A DNA stretch of 64,000 nucleotides from a virus (lineage: Duplodnaviria > Heunggongvirae > Uroviricota > Caudoviricetes), in IMG/VR virus record IMGVR_UViG_3300007177_000114; one strand, given 5' to 3'. Of this stretch, positions 1 through 9,270 are shown one piece after another. Below the pieces are notes generated by a model. The model worked only from the letters and a program-made list of their open reading frames with translations, was not told the origin of the DNA and ran no database searches. The first letter of the stretch is position 1, and every line of letters starts with the position of its first letter. A program made the position numbers and the translations under genes.

Positions 1-1
1 T

Positions 2-175
2 TCTCGCAAGATGCTTGAAGTAGAACTAGCGGATTGTGTTATCCGTATTTTTGATCTTGCAGGACGTGAAGGTCTTGATGTTGGTGGCGCAATTGCTGAA
101 AAACATGACTACAATGCAAAGCGTGCTGATCACAAACCAGAAAATCGTGCTGCAGTAGGTGGCAAATCCTTCTAA
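2..175 (+). CDS. MazG-like nucleoside triphosphate pyrophosphohydrolase, C-terminal fragment (5' end outside the window)
   Basis: Frame-2 ORF open from the window edge to TAA at 173-175; C-terminal peptide ...AIAEKHDYNAKRADHKPENRAAVGGKSF resembles MazG-family C-termini. Confidence 0.45.
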   Translation, partial: SRKMLEVELADCVIRIFDLAGREGLDVGGAIAEKHDYNAKRADHKPENRAAVGGKSF

Positions 176-186
176 TTGAGGTGATT

Positions 187-486
187 ATGGAAATCAACGA
201 TACATCAAAAGATTATGAAGATTTAATTGGGTTTAAAGCAAAAGAAACTACACCTGTAAGCCTTGCAGAATTTCTTGGTGAAGAAGTTGATTCCAAACCA
301 AAAATTAAACCAAAACCAATAGATAAAGATTTTCCAGAAGATTGGCAAAATTTATTTGTCAATTTTCGATCTGAAGAAGATTATATCAATTTTATGAAAT
401 TAATTGATTATATTCCAGATCCAAAAACATCAGTTTTTGTATATACAAAAGAAAAGCAAAACGGCCTTCTTGATTTTATGGAATAA
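187..486 (+). CDS. hypothetical protein
   Basis: ATG at 187 preceded by GAGGTGA; 100-aa ORF from the track. Confidence 0.5.
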   Translation: MEINDTSKDYEDLIGFKAKETTPVSLAEFLGEEVDSKPKIKPKPIDKDFPEDWQNLFVNFRSEEDYINFMKLIDYIPDPKTSVFVYTKEKQNGLLDFME

Positions 487-490
487 TAAA

Positions 491-754
491 ATGTTAGTTG
501 CAACTACAATTGAAGAACTTCAAAATGAATGGCGTAATCCTTATCTACAATGGTATGCGGGCGGCATGCCAGCATTTAACACAAATGATATTTCTCCTTA
601 TAAGCAAATCAAACTTAAGTTTAAAACCTTAGAAGATAGACAAGCATTTGCAGAACTTACAGGATATTCATTGACAGAAAAAACAAATGTGATATGGTAT
701 CCAGATAAGGGTAGGGAGAAAAATATTATGAATAGGATTGTTGAAGATGAATGA
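491..754 (+). CDS. hypothetical protein
   Basis: ATG at 491 immediately after the upstream stop; same frame as track ORF 404..754. Confidence 0.45.
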   Translation: MLVATTIEELQNEWRNPYLQWYAGGMPAFNTNDISPYKQIKLKFKTLEDRQAFAELTGYSLTEKTNVIWYPDKGREKNIMNRIVEDE

Positions 755-1691
755 TGTGTTCAGTACACGTTATCCACTTTATATTATTTCTAAAGGTCGG
801 TGGGAATCACGCTATACTTCTAAAGCTCTAGAACGTATGGGTGTACCGTATTATATTGCGATCGAACCTCAAGAATATGAACAGTATGCTTCCGTTATTG
901 ATCCAAAAAAAGTTCTGACACTGCCTTTTTCTAATCATGGCAAAGGTTCAGGACCAGCCCGTAATTGGTGCTGGGAACATTCGCAGGCTAATGGATTCAA
1001 GCGTCACTGGCTTTTAGATGATAATATTTACGAATTTTGGAGATTCCATAATAATAAACGTTATAGAATCGAACGTGGTTCAGCATGCTTTAGATCAGTA
1101 GAAGATTTTGTTGATCGGTTTGAGAATGTGGCACTAGCAGGACTTCAATATAAGTTTTTCTGTGTGGATGATTATCCATATCCACCATACATTTTAAATA
1201 CTCGTATTATGTCTTGTTTTCTTATTGATAATGCTTGTCCACATAAATGGCGTGGTCGGTACAATGAGGACGTAGATCTTTCAATCCGTGTTCTGAAGGA
1301 TGGTCTGTGCACAATGCTTTTCTATTCTTTTCTGTGTGGTAAAGCAAGAACTGGCACTATTAAAGGTGGAAATACTTCAGAAATTTATAATAACTACCAA
1401 GAAGATGCATCACTAAAAAAGTCACAAATGTTGATGGAAATGCATCCTGATGTAGTGACTTTACAGGAAAGATATGGTAGAATACACCATCATGTTGATC
1501 TAGAAGCTATTGTGAATAAACATGGTCAACCTGCTCGACAAAATATGCCAATTCTCAAACAAGATGTAAAGATCTTCAATAAAATTGATAACTACGGAAT
1601 GAAACTAATTCGTGAGTTTGGCACAGATCAGGCTTATGAAGATAAAGAATACTCTATTGAGAAATATCCTTCAGGAAGGAAAAATTTTTAA
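747..1691 (+). CDS. hypothetical protein, possibly glycosyltransferase-like (DxD-type motifs HWLLDDN, NEDVDLS)
   Basis: First ATG of track ORF 738..1691; stop overlaps the next start (TAATG). Confidence 0.5.
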   Translation: MNDVFSTRYPLYIISKGRWESRYTSKALERMGVPYYIAIEPQEYEQYASVIDPKKVLTLPFSNHGKGSGPARNWCWEHSQANGFKRHWLLDDNIYEFWRFHNNKRYRIERGSACFRSVEDFVDRFENVALAGLQYKFFCVDDYPYPPYILNTRIMSCFLIDNACPHKWRGRYNEDVDLSIRVLKDGLCTMLFYSFLCGKARTGTIKGGNTSEIYNNYQEDASLKKSQMLMEMHPDVVTLQERYGRIHHHVDLEAIVNKHGQPARQNMPILKQDVKIFNKIDNYGMKLIREFGTDQAYEDKEYSIEKYPSGRKNF

Positions 1692-2650
1692 TGTCACGGA
1701 TCTTTATTACCGGTATTGCTGGTTTTATTGGCTTTCATCTAGCTCAAAAACTACGTGAAGCAGGACACGAAGTAACCGGTTTGGATAATTTCAACAATTA
1801 TTATGATGTGAAACTGAAGCACGATCGTCACAATATTCTACATAAAAAGAACATTCATGTTTATTATGGCGATTTACTAAATAAAAACTTTATTAAAAAT
1901 ATACTAAATGTGGAAAAACCAGAACTGGTAATCCATCTTGCAGCATATGCTGGTGTGCGCCATTCATATGATCATGCAATGGATTATATCCAAAATAATA
2001 TTGTGGGAACACAAACTCTTATTGAGGTTCTAGAAGAACTGAATATCAATAAAGCAATTTATGCCTCTACTTCATGTGTTATGGCTGGTAATTCTCTACC
2101 ATGGAAAGAAGATGAACCAACAGGCCATCAGTTAAATCCATATGGATATACTAAGCGCACAAACGAATGTCAGTTTAAAACTTCAAAGATTAAACAAAAT
2201 ATCGGACTTCGTTTCTTCACAGTTTATGGTCCTTATGGGCGTCCAGATATGGCACTTTTTCAATTTGCAGAAGCTGCTGTAAACGGCAAGACAATTGATG
2301 TATATAACTATGGTGATATGAAACGTGATTTCACTTACGTAGATGATATTGTGAATGGTATTGAAATTCTTATGAAGCATATTCTAAATACAGACAACGA
2401 ACAAGCAGAAATCTATAATATCGGTCGTGGTCAACAAGTACCGCTCATGGATTTTATTTCAGAAATTGAAAAAAATATGGGTCGAGAAATTCAAAAAAAT
2501 CTAGTACCTAGACACCCAGCCGATACCCTAGAAACTTGGTCGGACACCACAAAACTCCAAACACTTGGATGGAAACCAATGGTATCAATTGGTACTGGTG
2601 TTTCTAGATTTTGTGAATGGTACAAAAATTATTATGGAATTAATTCATGA
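1691..2650 (+). CDS. NAD-dependent nucleotide-sugar epimerase/dehydratase (UDP-glucuronate 4-epimerase-like)
   Basis: N-terminal Rossmann motif ITGIAGFIGFHL, catalytic YGYTK (YxxxK), 319 aa; translationally coupled to its neighbours. Confidence 0.75.
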   Translation: MSRIFITGIAGFIGFHLAQKLREAGHEVTGLDNFNNYYDVKLKHDRHNILHKKNIHVYYGDLLNKNFIKNILNVEKPELVIHLAAYAGVRHSYDHAMDYIQNNIVGTQTLIEVLEELNINKAIYASTSCVMAGNSLPWKEDEPTGHQLNPYGYTKRTNECQFKTSKIKQNIGLRFFTVYGPYGRPDMALFQFAEAAVNGKTIDVYNYGDMKRDFTYVDDIVNGIEILMKHILNTDNEQAEIYNIGRGQQVPLMDFISEIEKNMGREIQKNLVPRHPADTLETWSDTTKLQTLGWKPMVSIGTGVSRFCEWYKNYYGINS

Positions 2651-3477
2651 AATTAAATATTGCTATCGTTGGTCATGGTTTTGTAGGGAAAGCTGTAGAT
2701 TATGGCTTTCCCTCACAGAACTGTGATAAGTATATTGTGGATCCAAAACATGGTATGGACATTACAGCACTTCCACAAAATATGGATTATATTTTTGTTT
2801 GTGTTCCTACACCCATGGGTGATGATGGATCAATTGATTCTAATATTATTGAATCCGTAGTATCTTATCTACTTACAAATAATAATGGTGTCATTATTAT
2901 TAAATCCACTATAACACCAGAAATCTTAAAAAAGTTTGCAAATTCTAGAGTTGTTTACAACCCAGAATTTCTTACTGAAAAAAGTGCTAATGAAGATTTT
3001 GTAAATCCGTTTATGCATATTTTTGGTGGTCATCCACTTTATACGCAAAGGGTTGAAGAACTATATAAGTACTATAGTATTTGCAAGCCATGCCCAACTT
3101 ATCATATGTCGACAATTGAAGCAAGTTTTGTAAAGTATGGAATTAATTCGTTCCTTGCTACAAAAGTATTGTGGTTTAATCAATTATATGATATAATTCA
3201 AAAAGAAAATGCAAACTACGGTAAAATTATTAGTGCCATAACCACAGATTCTAGAGTAGGCAGATCACATACAACTGTTCCGGGATTTGACGGTAAACGT
3301 GGATATGGCGGGTCTTGTTTTCCAAAAGACACTCTTGCATTTGTAAAATATGCAAAGACATTGAAAAATGACTTTTCAGTGCTTGAAAAGGTGATACTTG
3401 AAAATAATAAGTATCGCAGTAAATACAAAAAAGATCAACGTGAAGTGGAACAAAATATTAGTTATGACACAAAATAA
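2647..3477 (+). CDS. UDP-glucose/GDP-mannose 6-dehydrogenase family protein, short form (276 aa)
   Basis: N-terminal IAIVGHGFVGKAV NAD-binding motif and catalytic-cysteine motif GGSCFPKDT; the C-terminal UDP-binding domain appears absent. Confidence 0.6.
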   Translation: MKLNIAIVGHGFVGKAVDYGFPSQNCDKYIVDPKHGMDITALPQNMDYIFVCVPTPMGDDGSIDSNIIESVVSYLLTNNNGVIIIKSTITPEILKKFANSRVVYNPEFLTEKSANEDFVNPFMHIFGGHPLYTQRVEELYKYYSICKPCPTYHMSTIEASFVKYGINSFLATKVLWFNQLYDIIQKENANYGKIISAITTDSRVGRSHTTVPGFDGKRGYGGSCFPKDTLAFVKYAKTLKNDFSVLEKVILENNKYRSKYKKDQREVEQNISYDTK

Positions 3478-3925
3478 TTGGGATAAAAAATATTTGAAAC
3501 TTGCTAAAGAAGTTTCAACATGGTCTAAAGATCCATCCAGTAAAATTGGTGCAGTTGCAGTAGGCAATCATGGTCAAATTTTAGCAACTGGATATAATGG
3601 GTTTCCTCGTAAAATTCAAGATTCAGAAGAACGTCTTAAAGATCGAGAAATCAAATATGCTTACACAATCCATGGCGAGATGAATTGCATATATAATGCA
3701 AGTCTTACTGGTGTAAGTTTAAACAAAGCAAATCTTTATGTATTCGGATTACCAGTTTGTTCGGAGTGTGCCAAAGGTGTAGTCCAAGTAGGTATTAAAA
3801 AAGTATTTGCCTGCCATCCTGTTATTATTAATACAAAATGGCAAGAATCAAATTATTTGAGCCAAATAATTTTTAAAGAAGCAGGTGTTGAATATAATAC
3901 TATTATTAATGATGGAGAACTATAA
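3464..3925 (+). CDS. cd: dCMP deaminase
   Basis: Zinc-binding motifs HGEMNCI and PVCSECAK typical of dCMP/CMP deaminases; internal ATG at 3464 overlaps the upstream stop. Confidence 0.75.
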   Translation: MTQNNWDKKYLKLAKEVSTWSKDPSSKIGAVAVGNHGQILATGYNGFPRKIQDSEERLKDREIKYAYTIHGEMNCIYNASLTGVSLNKANLYVFGLPVCSECAKGVVQVGIKKVFACHPVIINTKWQESNYLSQIIFKEAGVEYNTIINDGEL

Positions 3926-3927
3926 TT

Positions 3928-4287
3928 ATGAATGATGAAACACCATATTTTAATCCAGACCCACTAGACACTTCCGAATATACACTAAGAAATTATCAGT
4001 CTTATAATAAGCCAAATATTAAGTATAAATATTCTGAGGATGAAATTATTGAAGACTTCTCCGAATATGTAAATCATACATATGGTGAGCATTATAAAGC
4101 CAAAGATGAAATTGAATGCTTTGATGCTTGGATTGCTTTAGGTACTGCATCTGGTACATTCCGAGATACCGCCATGAAATATCTATGGCGATACGGTAAG
4201 AAAAACGGTAATAATAAAGATGATTTAATGAAAGCCATGCATTATATCATGTTACTACTTCACAATGATTTTTATAAAAAGGATTGA
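3928..4287 (+). CDS. hypothetical protein
   Basis: 119-aa ORF, tightly packed in the operon. Confidence 0.5.
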   Translation: MNDETPYFNPDPLDTSEYTLRNYQSYNKPNIKYKYSEDEIIEDFSEYVNHTYGEHYKAKDEIECFDAWIALGTASGTFRDTAMKYLWRYGKKNGNNKDDLMKAMHYIMLLLHNDFYKKD

Positions 4288-4291
4288 ATGA

Positions 4292-5140
4292 ATGGAAATT
4301 AGAATTGATATGGATGTCCTCAGACAGAGGAAATTATTTGTTGCCACGCCCATGTATGGTGGCCAATGCGCTGGTATGTTCACCAAATCAGTAGCAGACT
4401 TAGCAGCAATTTGTTCTGCAAATGGGCTTGATCTTAGATCATATTTTCTCTTTAATGAATCTCTTATCACTAGAGCTAGAAACTATTGTGTTGATGAGTT
4501 TATGCGTTCAGACTGCACACACATGATGTTTATTGACTCTGATATTGGTTTCGACCCCCGTGATATTATTGCCATGATGGCTCTTCAGTCTGATGAATCG
4601 GAATATGATGTTCTTGCAGGACCATATCCAAAGAAGACTATTTCTTGGGAAAAGATCAAGATGGCAGTCGATAAGGGTATTGCAGATGAAGATCCAACAG
4701 TTTTAGATAAATTTGTTGGTGATTATGTTTTCAATCCAAAAGCAAATACTACTCAGGTACGAATTGATGAGCCTGTAGAAGTTTCTGAAGTCGGCACCGG
4801 TTTTATGATGACTCGTCGTTCTGCTTTTGAAAAGTTTGCAAAGGCATTCCCTGAATATTCTTATAAGCCAGACCATATTCGCACTGAACATTTTGATGGT
4901 TCAAGGGAAATTATGCAGTACTTCCAGGCAGAAATTGACCCTGTATCAAAACGTTATCTATCAGAAGATTATTGGTTCTGTCAAAAGCTTATGGCCGTAG
5001 GTGGTAAGATTTGGTACTGCCCATGGATGAAACTTCAGCATGTTGGTAGTTATATTTTTGGTGGTTCACTTGCCGATCTAGCATCTATTGGTGCACCTGC
5101 TACTGCTGATCCTGCTCAACTCCGTAAAGGAAAGAAATAA
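4292..5140 (+). CDS. putative glycosyltransferase-like protein (DxD motif FIDSDIGF)
   Basis: 282-aa ORF; motifs FNESLITRARN, DSD and SEDYWFCQKL suggest a GT-A-like fold; no confident family assignment. Confidence 0.45.
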   Translation: MEIRIDMDVLRQRKLFVATPMYGGQCAGMFTKSVADLAAICSANGLDLRSYFLFNESLITRARNYCVDEFMRSDCTHMMFIDSDIGFDPRDIIAMMALQSDESEYDVLAGPYPKKTISWEKIKMAVDKGIADEDPTVLDKFVGDYVFNPKANTTQVRIDEPVEVSEVGTGFMMTRRSAFEKFAKAFPEYSYKPDHIRTEHFDGSREIMQYFQAEIDPVSKRYLSEDYWFCQKLMAVGGKIWYCPWMKLQHVGSYIFGGSLADLASIGAPATADPAQLRKGKK

Positions 5141-5141
5141 T

Positions 5142-5738
5142 ATGAATAAAGTTTTTATTTTACTTGATCGCTCTGGTTCAATGGCCTCTATGTGGAAAGA
5201 GGCCATTGATGGGATTAATTCTTATGTGAAAAATCTTGAAAATACTGAAATAATGGTTGCGGCTTTTGACACCGGCGATTATATGGTTTTAAGAAATTGT
5301 TCTAGAAAGAATTGGGATCCAATTGGGTACAAAGAAATTGAACCACGTGGTGGAACACCTCTTCTTGATGCAGCAGGTAGAATCATGTGGTCAATGCACG
5401 ACTCTAAAGCCAAGAGAGCAATTTTAGTTGTTGTTACAGATGGTCATGAAAATTCATCAACAAAGTTTAAGGCTTCTGAAATCAAGGATATGACTAAGAA
5501 GTTGACAACAGATATGAATTATGATATAGTCTTTTTAGGTGCCAATTTCGACAAGATTGGTGATGTTGCCCACCAAAACTTTGGGTGGTCAGATCAATCA
5601 AGAATGGTACAAACCTCAGCTAGAGGTTTCGGTGGCACCATGGTTGGTTTAAGTGCTAAAACTTCTAGTTACTTTACTAGCGGTGTCAAAGCTCAAGCAC
5701 TCTACGATCAAAATGAACTAGATCAAGCAAAATCCTAA
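5142..5738 (+). CDS. von Willebrand factor type A (vWA) domain protein
   Basis: MIDAS motif LLDRSGSM near the N-terminus plus TDGHEN; ATG at 5142 downstream of GGAAAGAAA. Confidence 0.5.
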   Translation: MNKVFILLDRSGSMASMWKEAIDGINSYVKNLENTEIMVAAFDTGDYMVLRNCSRKNWDPIGYKEIEPRGGTPLLDAAGRIMWSMHDSKAKRAILVVVTDGHENSSTKFKASEIKDMTKKLTTDMNYDIVFLGANFDKIGDVAHQNFGWSDQSRMVQTSARGFGGTMVGLSAKTSSYFTSGVKAQALYDQNELDQAKS

Positions 5739-5757
5739 CAGGAGAACGTAATATATC

Positions 5758-6411
5758 ATGAAACTAAGTGCTCGTACTCTACATCTACTTAAGAATTTTA
5801 GTACAATCAATCCCTCCATTGTTCTAAAACCAGGAGGGGTTGCGGCAACAATCTCTCCTAATAAAACTATTCTTGCTCGTGCATCTATCAGTGATGAAAT
5901 TCCAAATGTTGTAGCAATCTACAATTTAAGTCGATTTATTTCAACACTTTCACTATTTGAAAATCCTGACCTGGATTTTGGTGATAAGTCGGTTCGTATT
6001 TCAGATGGCAACCGCAGTGTAATTTATCATTATGCTGATGCATCAATTATTATGGTGCCACCTGAAAAACAAATTAAACTCCCATCAAATGATGCTGAAT
6101 GCTTTATTACAAATAAGGATTTTCAGAATATCACAAAGGCTCTAAGTGTTTTAGGTCTACCAGAAATTGCTATCGTTGGTGATGGTGAAAATATTTCACT
6201 TGAAGCTATTGACACCAAGAATCCAACTGCTGATACTTTCAGTATTGTTGTAGGTCAGTCTTCCAATGTTTTCCGTGCTATTTTCAAATCAGAAAATCTG
6301 AAGATTATGGACGGTGACTATACTGTAACTATTTCTTCAAAGGGAATCTCTCAGTTTGTAGGTACTGAGGTTTCTTACTGGATTGCTGTCGAGTCTACAT
6401 CTACTTTTTAA
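5758..6411 (+). CDS. 45: sliding clamp (T4 gp45-like)
   Basis: N-terminus MKLSARTLHLLKNFSTINPSIVLKPGG aligns with T4 gp45 MKLSKDTTALLKNFATINSGIMLKSG; 217 aa. Confidence 0.8.
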   Translation: MKLSARTLHLLKNFSTINPSIVLKPGGVAATISPNKTILARASISDEIPNVVAIYNLSRFISTLSLFENPDLDFGDKSVRISDGNRSVIYHYADASIIMVPPEKQIKLPSNDAECFITNKDFQNITKALSVLGLPEIAIVGDGENISLEAIDTKNPTADTFSIVVGQSSNVFRAIFKSENLKIMDGDYTVTISSKGISQFVGTEVSYWIAVESTSTF

Positions 6412-6418
6412 TTTTGTC

Positions 6419-6460
6419 GCATCCAATTAATAGTTTACTATAGTTGGATGCTTTTATTAT
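6419..6460 (+). terminator. rho-independent terminator after gene 45
   Basis: GCATCCAA...TTGGATGC stem followed by TTTTATTAT. Confidence 0.5.
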
Positions 6461-6471
6461 GGAGATTGTGA

Positions 6472-7410
6472 ATGCTTGAACATACACTATGGGTGGAAAA
6501 GTATCGACCAAAAAAGGTGGCTGATACTATTCTACCTTGTGATCTTAAATCAATCTTTCAGGGGTTTGTTAATGCTGGCAACATTAACAATATGACTTTA
6601 GCAGGTGGTGCTGGTGTTGGTAAAACAACAATTGCACGTGCAATGCTTGAGGAACTTGGTTGTGATTATATTATCATCAACGGTTCTATGAACGGTAATA
6701 TTGATACACTTCGCAATGAAATTCTTCAATTTGCTTCATCTGTTTCTCTTATGGGTGGTAGGAAGTATGTCATCCTTGATGAGGCAGATTATCTGAATCC
6801 AAATTCTACTCAGCCGGCTCTTCGTAATTTTATGGAAGAGTTTTCCAAGAATTGTGGGTTTATTCTTACATGTAATTTTAAAGATCGAATTATTAAACCA
6901 CTTCATTCTCGAGCACCAATTATTGAGTTTCGCATCCCAAAGAAAGAGATGCCAAAACTTGCCACGCAGTTTATGAAGCGTGTTGAAATGATTCTTGCTG
7001 CTGAGAATATAACTTATGATAAACAGGCAGTTGCTGAAGTTATCCAGAAGTTCTTCCCTGACTGGCGTAGAATCCTCAATGAACTACAAACATATTCTGT
7101 CAACGGGAAAATTGATTCTGGTATTTTTAGTTCTTTTACCGCTTCTACAGTTAAGGAAGTTATTGGTCATTGCAAGACTAAAAACCTAGAAGGTATTCGT
7201 AAGTGGATCCATGATAATTCTGATTCCGATTCAACTTCGATTTTTAGAGCTGTCTATGATAACTCTAGTGAACTATTCACAAAGCGTTCCATTCCTGCTC
7301 TAATTCTTAAGATTGCAGAATATCAGTACAAGGCGGCATTTGTTGCTGATGCTGAAATTAATCTTATGGCTTTCTTTGTTGAAGTTTGTATGGAGTGTGA
7401 ATTTGTATGA
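6472..7410 (+). CDS. 44: clamp loader large subunit (T4 gp44-like, RFC/AAA+)
   Basis: Walker A GGAGVGKTT, SRC-like region, 312 aa; position after gene 45 as in T4. Confidence 0.85.
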   Translation: MLEHTLWVEKYRPKKVADTILPCDLKSIFQGFVNAGNINNMTLAGGAGVGKTTIARAMLEELGCDYIIINGSMNGNIDTLRNEILQFASSVSLMGGRKYVILDEADYLNPNSTQPALRNFMEEFSKNCGFILTCNFKDRIIKPLHSRAPIIEFRIPKKEMPKLATQFMKRVEMILAAENITYDKQAVAEVIQKFFPDWRRILNELQTYSVNGKIDSGIFSSFTASTVKEVIGHCKTKNLEGIRKWIHDNSDSDSTSIFRAVYDNSSELFTKRSIPALILKIAEYQYKAAFVADAEINLMAFFVEVCMECEFV

Positions 7411-7880
7411 CTAAAACATCAACATTATTCGGTGTTGTAGAACATAGAGAAGAACCAACTGAAAAATCCACATTCAATGTGTGGAATTTCATTGGTGATA
7501 TTTCTAAAGACAAGCAGTATCTTCTAGATGATGATACTGTACGTCTATATGAACCATGGATTGTAAATAAATCATTTATGGCTCATCCGGATACTCTTGT
7601 ATTTGCAGAACAAGCCAATAGACTACACCATCTTGATAAAAAGATGCAGCATGATTTTATGTTCTATTCTGTTGAAGCACGAGCAAAAAGATTTAAACCT
7701 TGGCTGAAAAAGACGGAAGCAGAAAAGAAAGAACTGAAACTGCTACAAGATATTTCCAAAATTATAGGTTTAAATTTACAAAGAACAAAACAATTTTGGA
7801 AAATTTTGAATCCAGATCAACGCAAAGAGTTTATTGGTCGATATATTAACCCAGATTCTAAGAATGATAAAAGATCATAA
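7407..7880 (+). CDS. 62: clamp loader small subunit (gp62-like)
   Basis: Translationally coupled to gene 44 (ATGA overlap), 157 aa, position identical to T4 gene 62; weak similarity. Confidence 0.55.
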   Translation: MTKTSTLFGVVEHREEPTEKSTFNVWNFIGDISKDKQYLLDDDTVRLYEPWIVNKSFMAHPDTLVFAEQANRLHHLDKKMQHDFMFYSVEARAKRFKPWLKKTEAEKKELKLLQDISKIIGLNLQRTKQFWKILNPDQRKEFIGRYINPDSKNDKRS

Positions 7881-7918
7881 TAAAATAAATACAAAGTCTT
7901 TTATCGTGAGGTATAACC

Positions 7919-8314
7919 ATGACTATTCTAAATACATTTTTGGAGGTAAAACTAGCTGAAGAAGAAGACTTCTTAAAAGTTAAGGAGACTTTGACTCGAA
8001 TGGGTGTTGCCTCAAAGAAGGATAAAATCTTATATCAGTCCTGCCACATACTACACAAGCAGGGCCGATACTATGTTGTGCATTTTAAAGAACTTTTTGC
8101 TTTGGATGGTAAACCAACTAATTTTACAGATGAAGATCGCTCTAGAAGAAATACAATAGTTAGCCTTTTAGAGGAATGGAATTTAGTAAAAATTATGAAT
8201 AAAAAATTACTTGAAGATAAAATTCCACTAAATCAAGTGAAGATTATATCATTTAAGGAAAAAGATTCATGGCAATTAACCAGCAAATATAGTGTAGGCA
8301 AAAAGAAATTTTAA
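7919..8314 (+). CDS. regA: translational repressor RegA
   Basis: EEDFLKVKETLTRMGVASKKDKILYQSCHILHKQGRYYVVHFKE is nearly identical to T4 RegA PEDFLKVKETLTRMGIANNKDKVLYQSCHILQKKGLYYIVHFKE. Confidence 0.85.
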   Translation: MTILNTFLEVKLAEEEDFLKVKETLTRMGVASKKDKILYQSCHILHKQGRYYVVHFKELFALDGKPTNFTDEDRSRRNTIVSLLEEWNLVKIMNKKLLEDKIPLNQVKIISFKEKDSWQLTSKYSVGKKKF

Positions 8315-8329
8315 CGAAAGTAATATATT

Positions 8330-8668
8330 ATGTTTGGATGGTTTAAAAAGAAACCAAAACAATTAGGGGAAAAAGAACTCGAGCTGATTGCCCAAATTCT
8401 TTTTCCCCCACTTGAGACTAGAACTGATAAAGACGGAAATATCTATCAGATAGATAAATCAGTTGATACTAATTTAGAATCCGTCCTGTATGAACTGCAG
8501 GACGGAAACAATGATAGGATGTCCCATGACTCTTTGCATAGTGTCATAGGACGTCTTATTGAAGTGCGTAAAATTTTGGATGTCTATCCTGAATTAAACA
8601 AAAAGACAAAATATATAATTGTTGATGATGCTTCTTATAAGAAGTCTGCTACTGATTTTATAGAATAG
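8330..8668 (+). CDS. hypothetical protein
   Basis: 112-aa ORF. Confidence 0.45.
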   Translation: MFGWFKKKPKQLGEKELELIAQILFPPLETRTDKDGNIYQIDKSVDTNLESVLYELQDGNNDRMSHDSLHSVIGRLIEVRKILDVYPELNKKTKYIIVDDASYKKSATDFIE

Positions 8669-9053
8669 CATAACCATCATCAGTTGAATAAACTACATTT
8701 TTAATGTTGAAATTAACAATGGCTCGCATACAACCCGGGCAGGGCTTGGCAAGACCATTCTTTTCAAGCCCATTTACCTTCTTGCTACGATAGATATAAA
8801 GTGTACTGCGCTTCAAATCATCAACGCTAGTGCACTTCAAAGCATTCTTAATGGCATCAATTTCTGCATGAAGAAAAATGCATTCCTCATTCTTGCCAAA
8901 CTTGGCTTGAAAGGGATGACTTTTCCTCTTATTAAAGCCAAATGAGAGGATATTATTCTTGAGAACTATACACGAAGATACCCTGGCGCCTGCCACCTTT
9001 TCAATGGAAGTGGCAAGCTTAGCCAGGGTATTCAAGTAATGATCGTGCTTCAT
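8658..9053 (-). CDS. cytidine/deoxycytidylate deaminase-family zinc-binding protein
   Basis: Motifs HAEIDAI and PCPGCMRAI (H-x-E ... PCxxC); driven by a minus-strand copy of the conserved early promoter. Confidence 0.6.
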   Translation of the reverse strand: MKHDHYLNTLAKLATSIEKVAGARVSSCIVLKNNILSFGFNKRKSHPFQAKFGKNEECIFLHAEIDAIKNALKCTSVDDLKRSTLYIYRSKKVNGLEKNGLAKPCPGCMRAIVNFNIKNVVYSTDDGYAIL

Positions 9054-9058
9054 AATAT

Positions 9059-9088
9059 CCTTATAACCCTATCCGGGATTAAAGTCAA
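9059..9088 (-). promoter_or_regulatory. conserved early promoter (TTGACT-N17-TATAAG), minus strand
   Basis: Reverse complement reads TTGACTTTAATCCCGGATAGGGTTATAAGG, followed by the ATG of the deaminase-like gene. Confidence 0.5.
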
Positions 9089-9262
9089 TCAAAACAGCCG
9101 ATCTTCTCACGTCGGCGAAGGGCTTCAGATACGAGCTGACCGAGCATGCCAATTTTATACTCTTGGTCGTTCATCACACGATTAAAGAGCTTTTGCTCAG
9201 AATCAGTCAACGTATGGTAAATAATATTGATGACTAGCTGATCATTTTCATCGTTCATGATT
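9089..9262 (-). CDS. hypothetical small protein (58 aa)
   Basis: Minus-strand ORF MNDENDQLVINIIYHTLTDSEQ..., with AGGTAGGTAA upstream; too short for the ORF track. Confidence 0.3.
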
Positions 9263-9270
9263 ACCTACCT

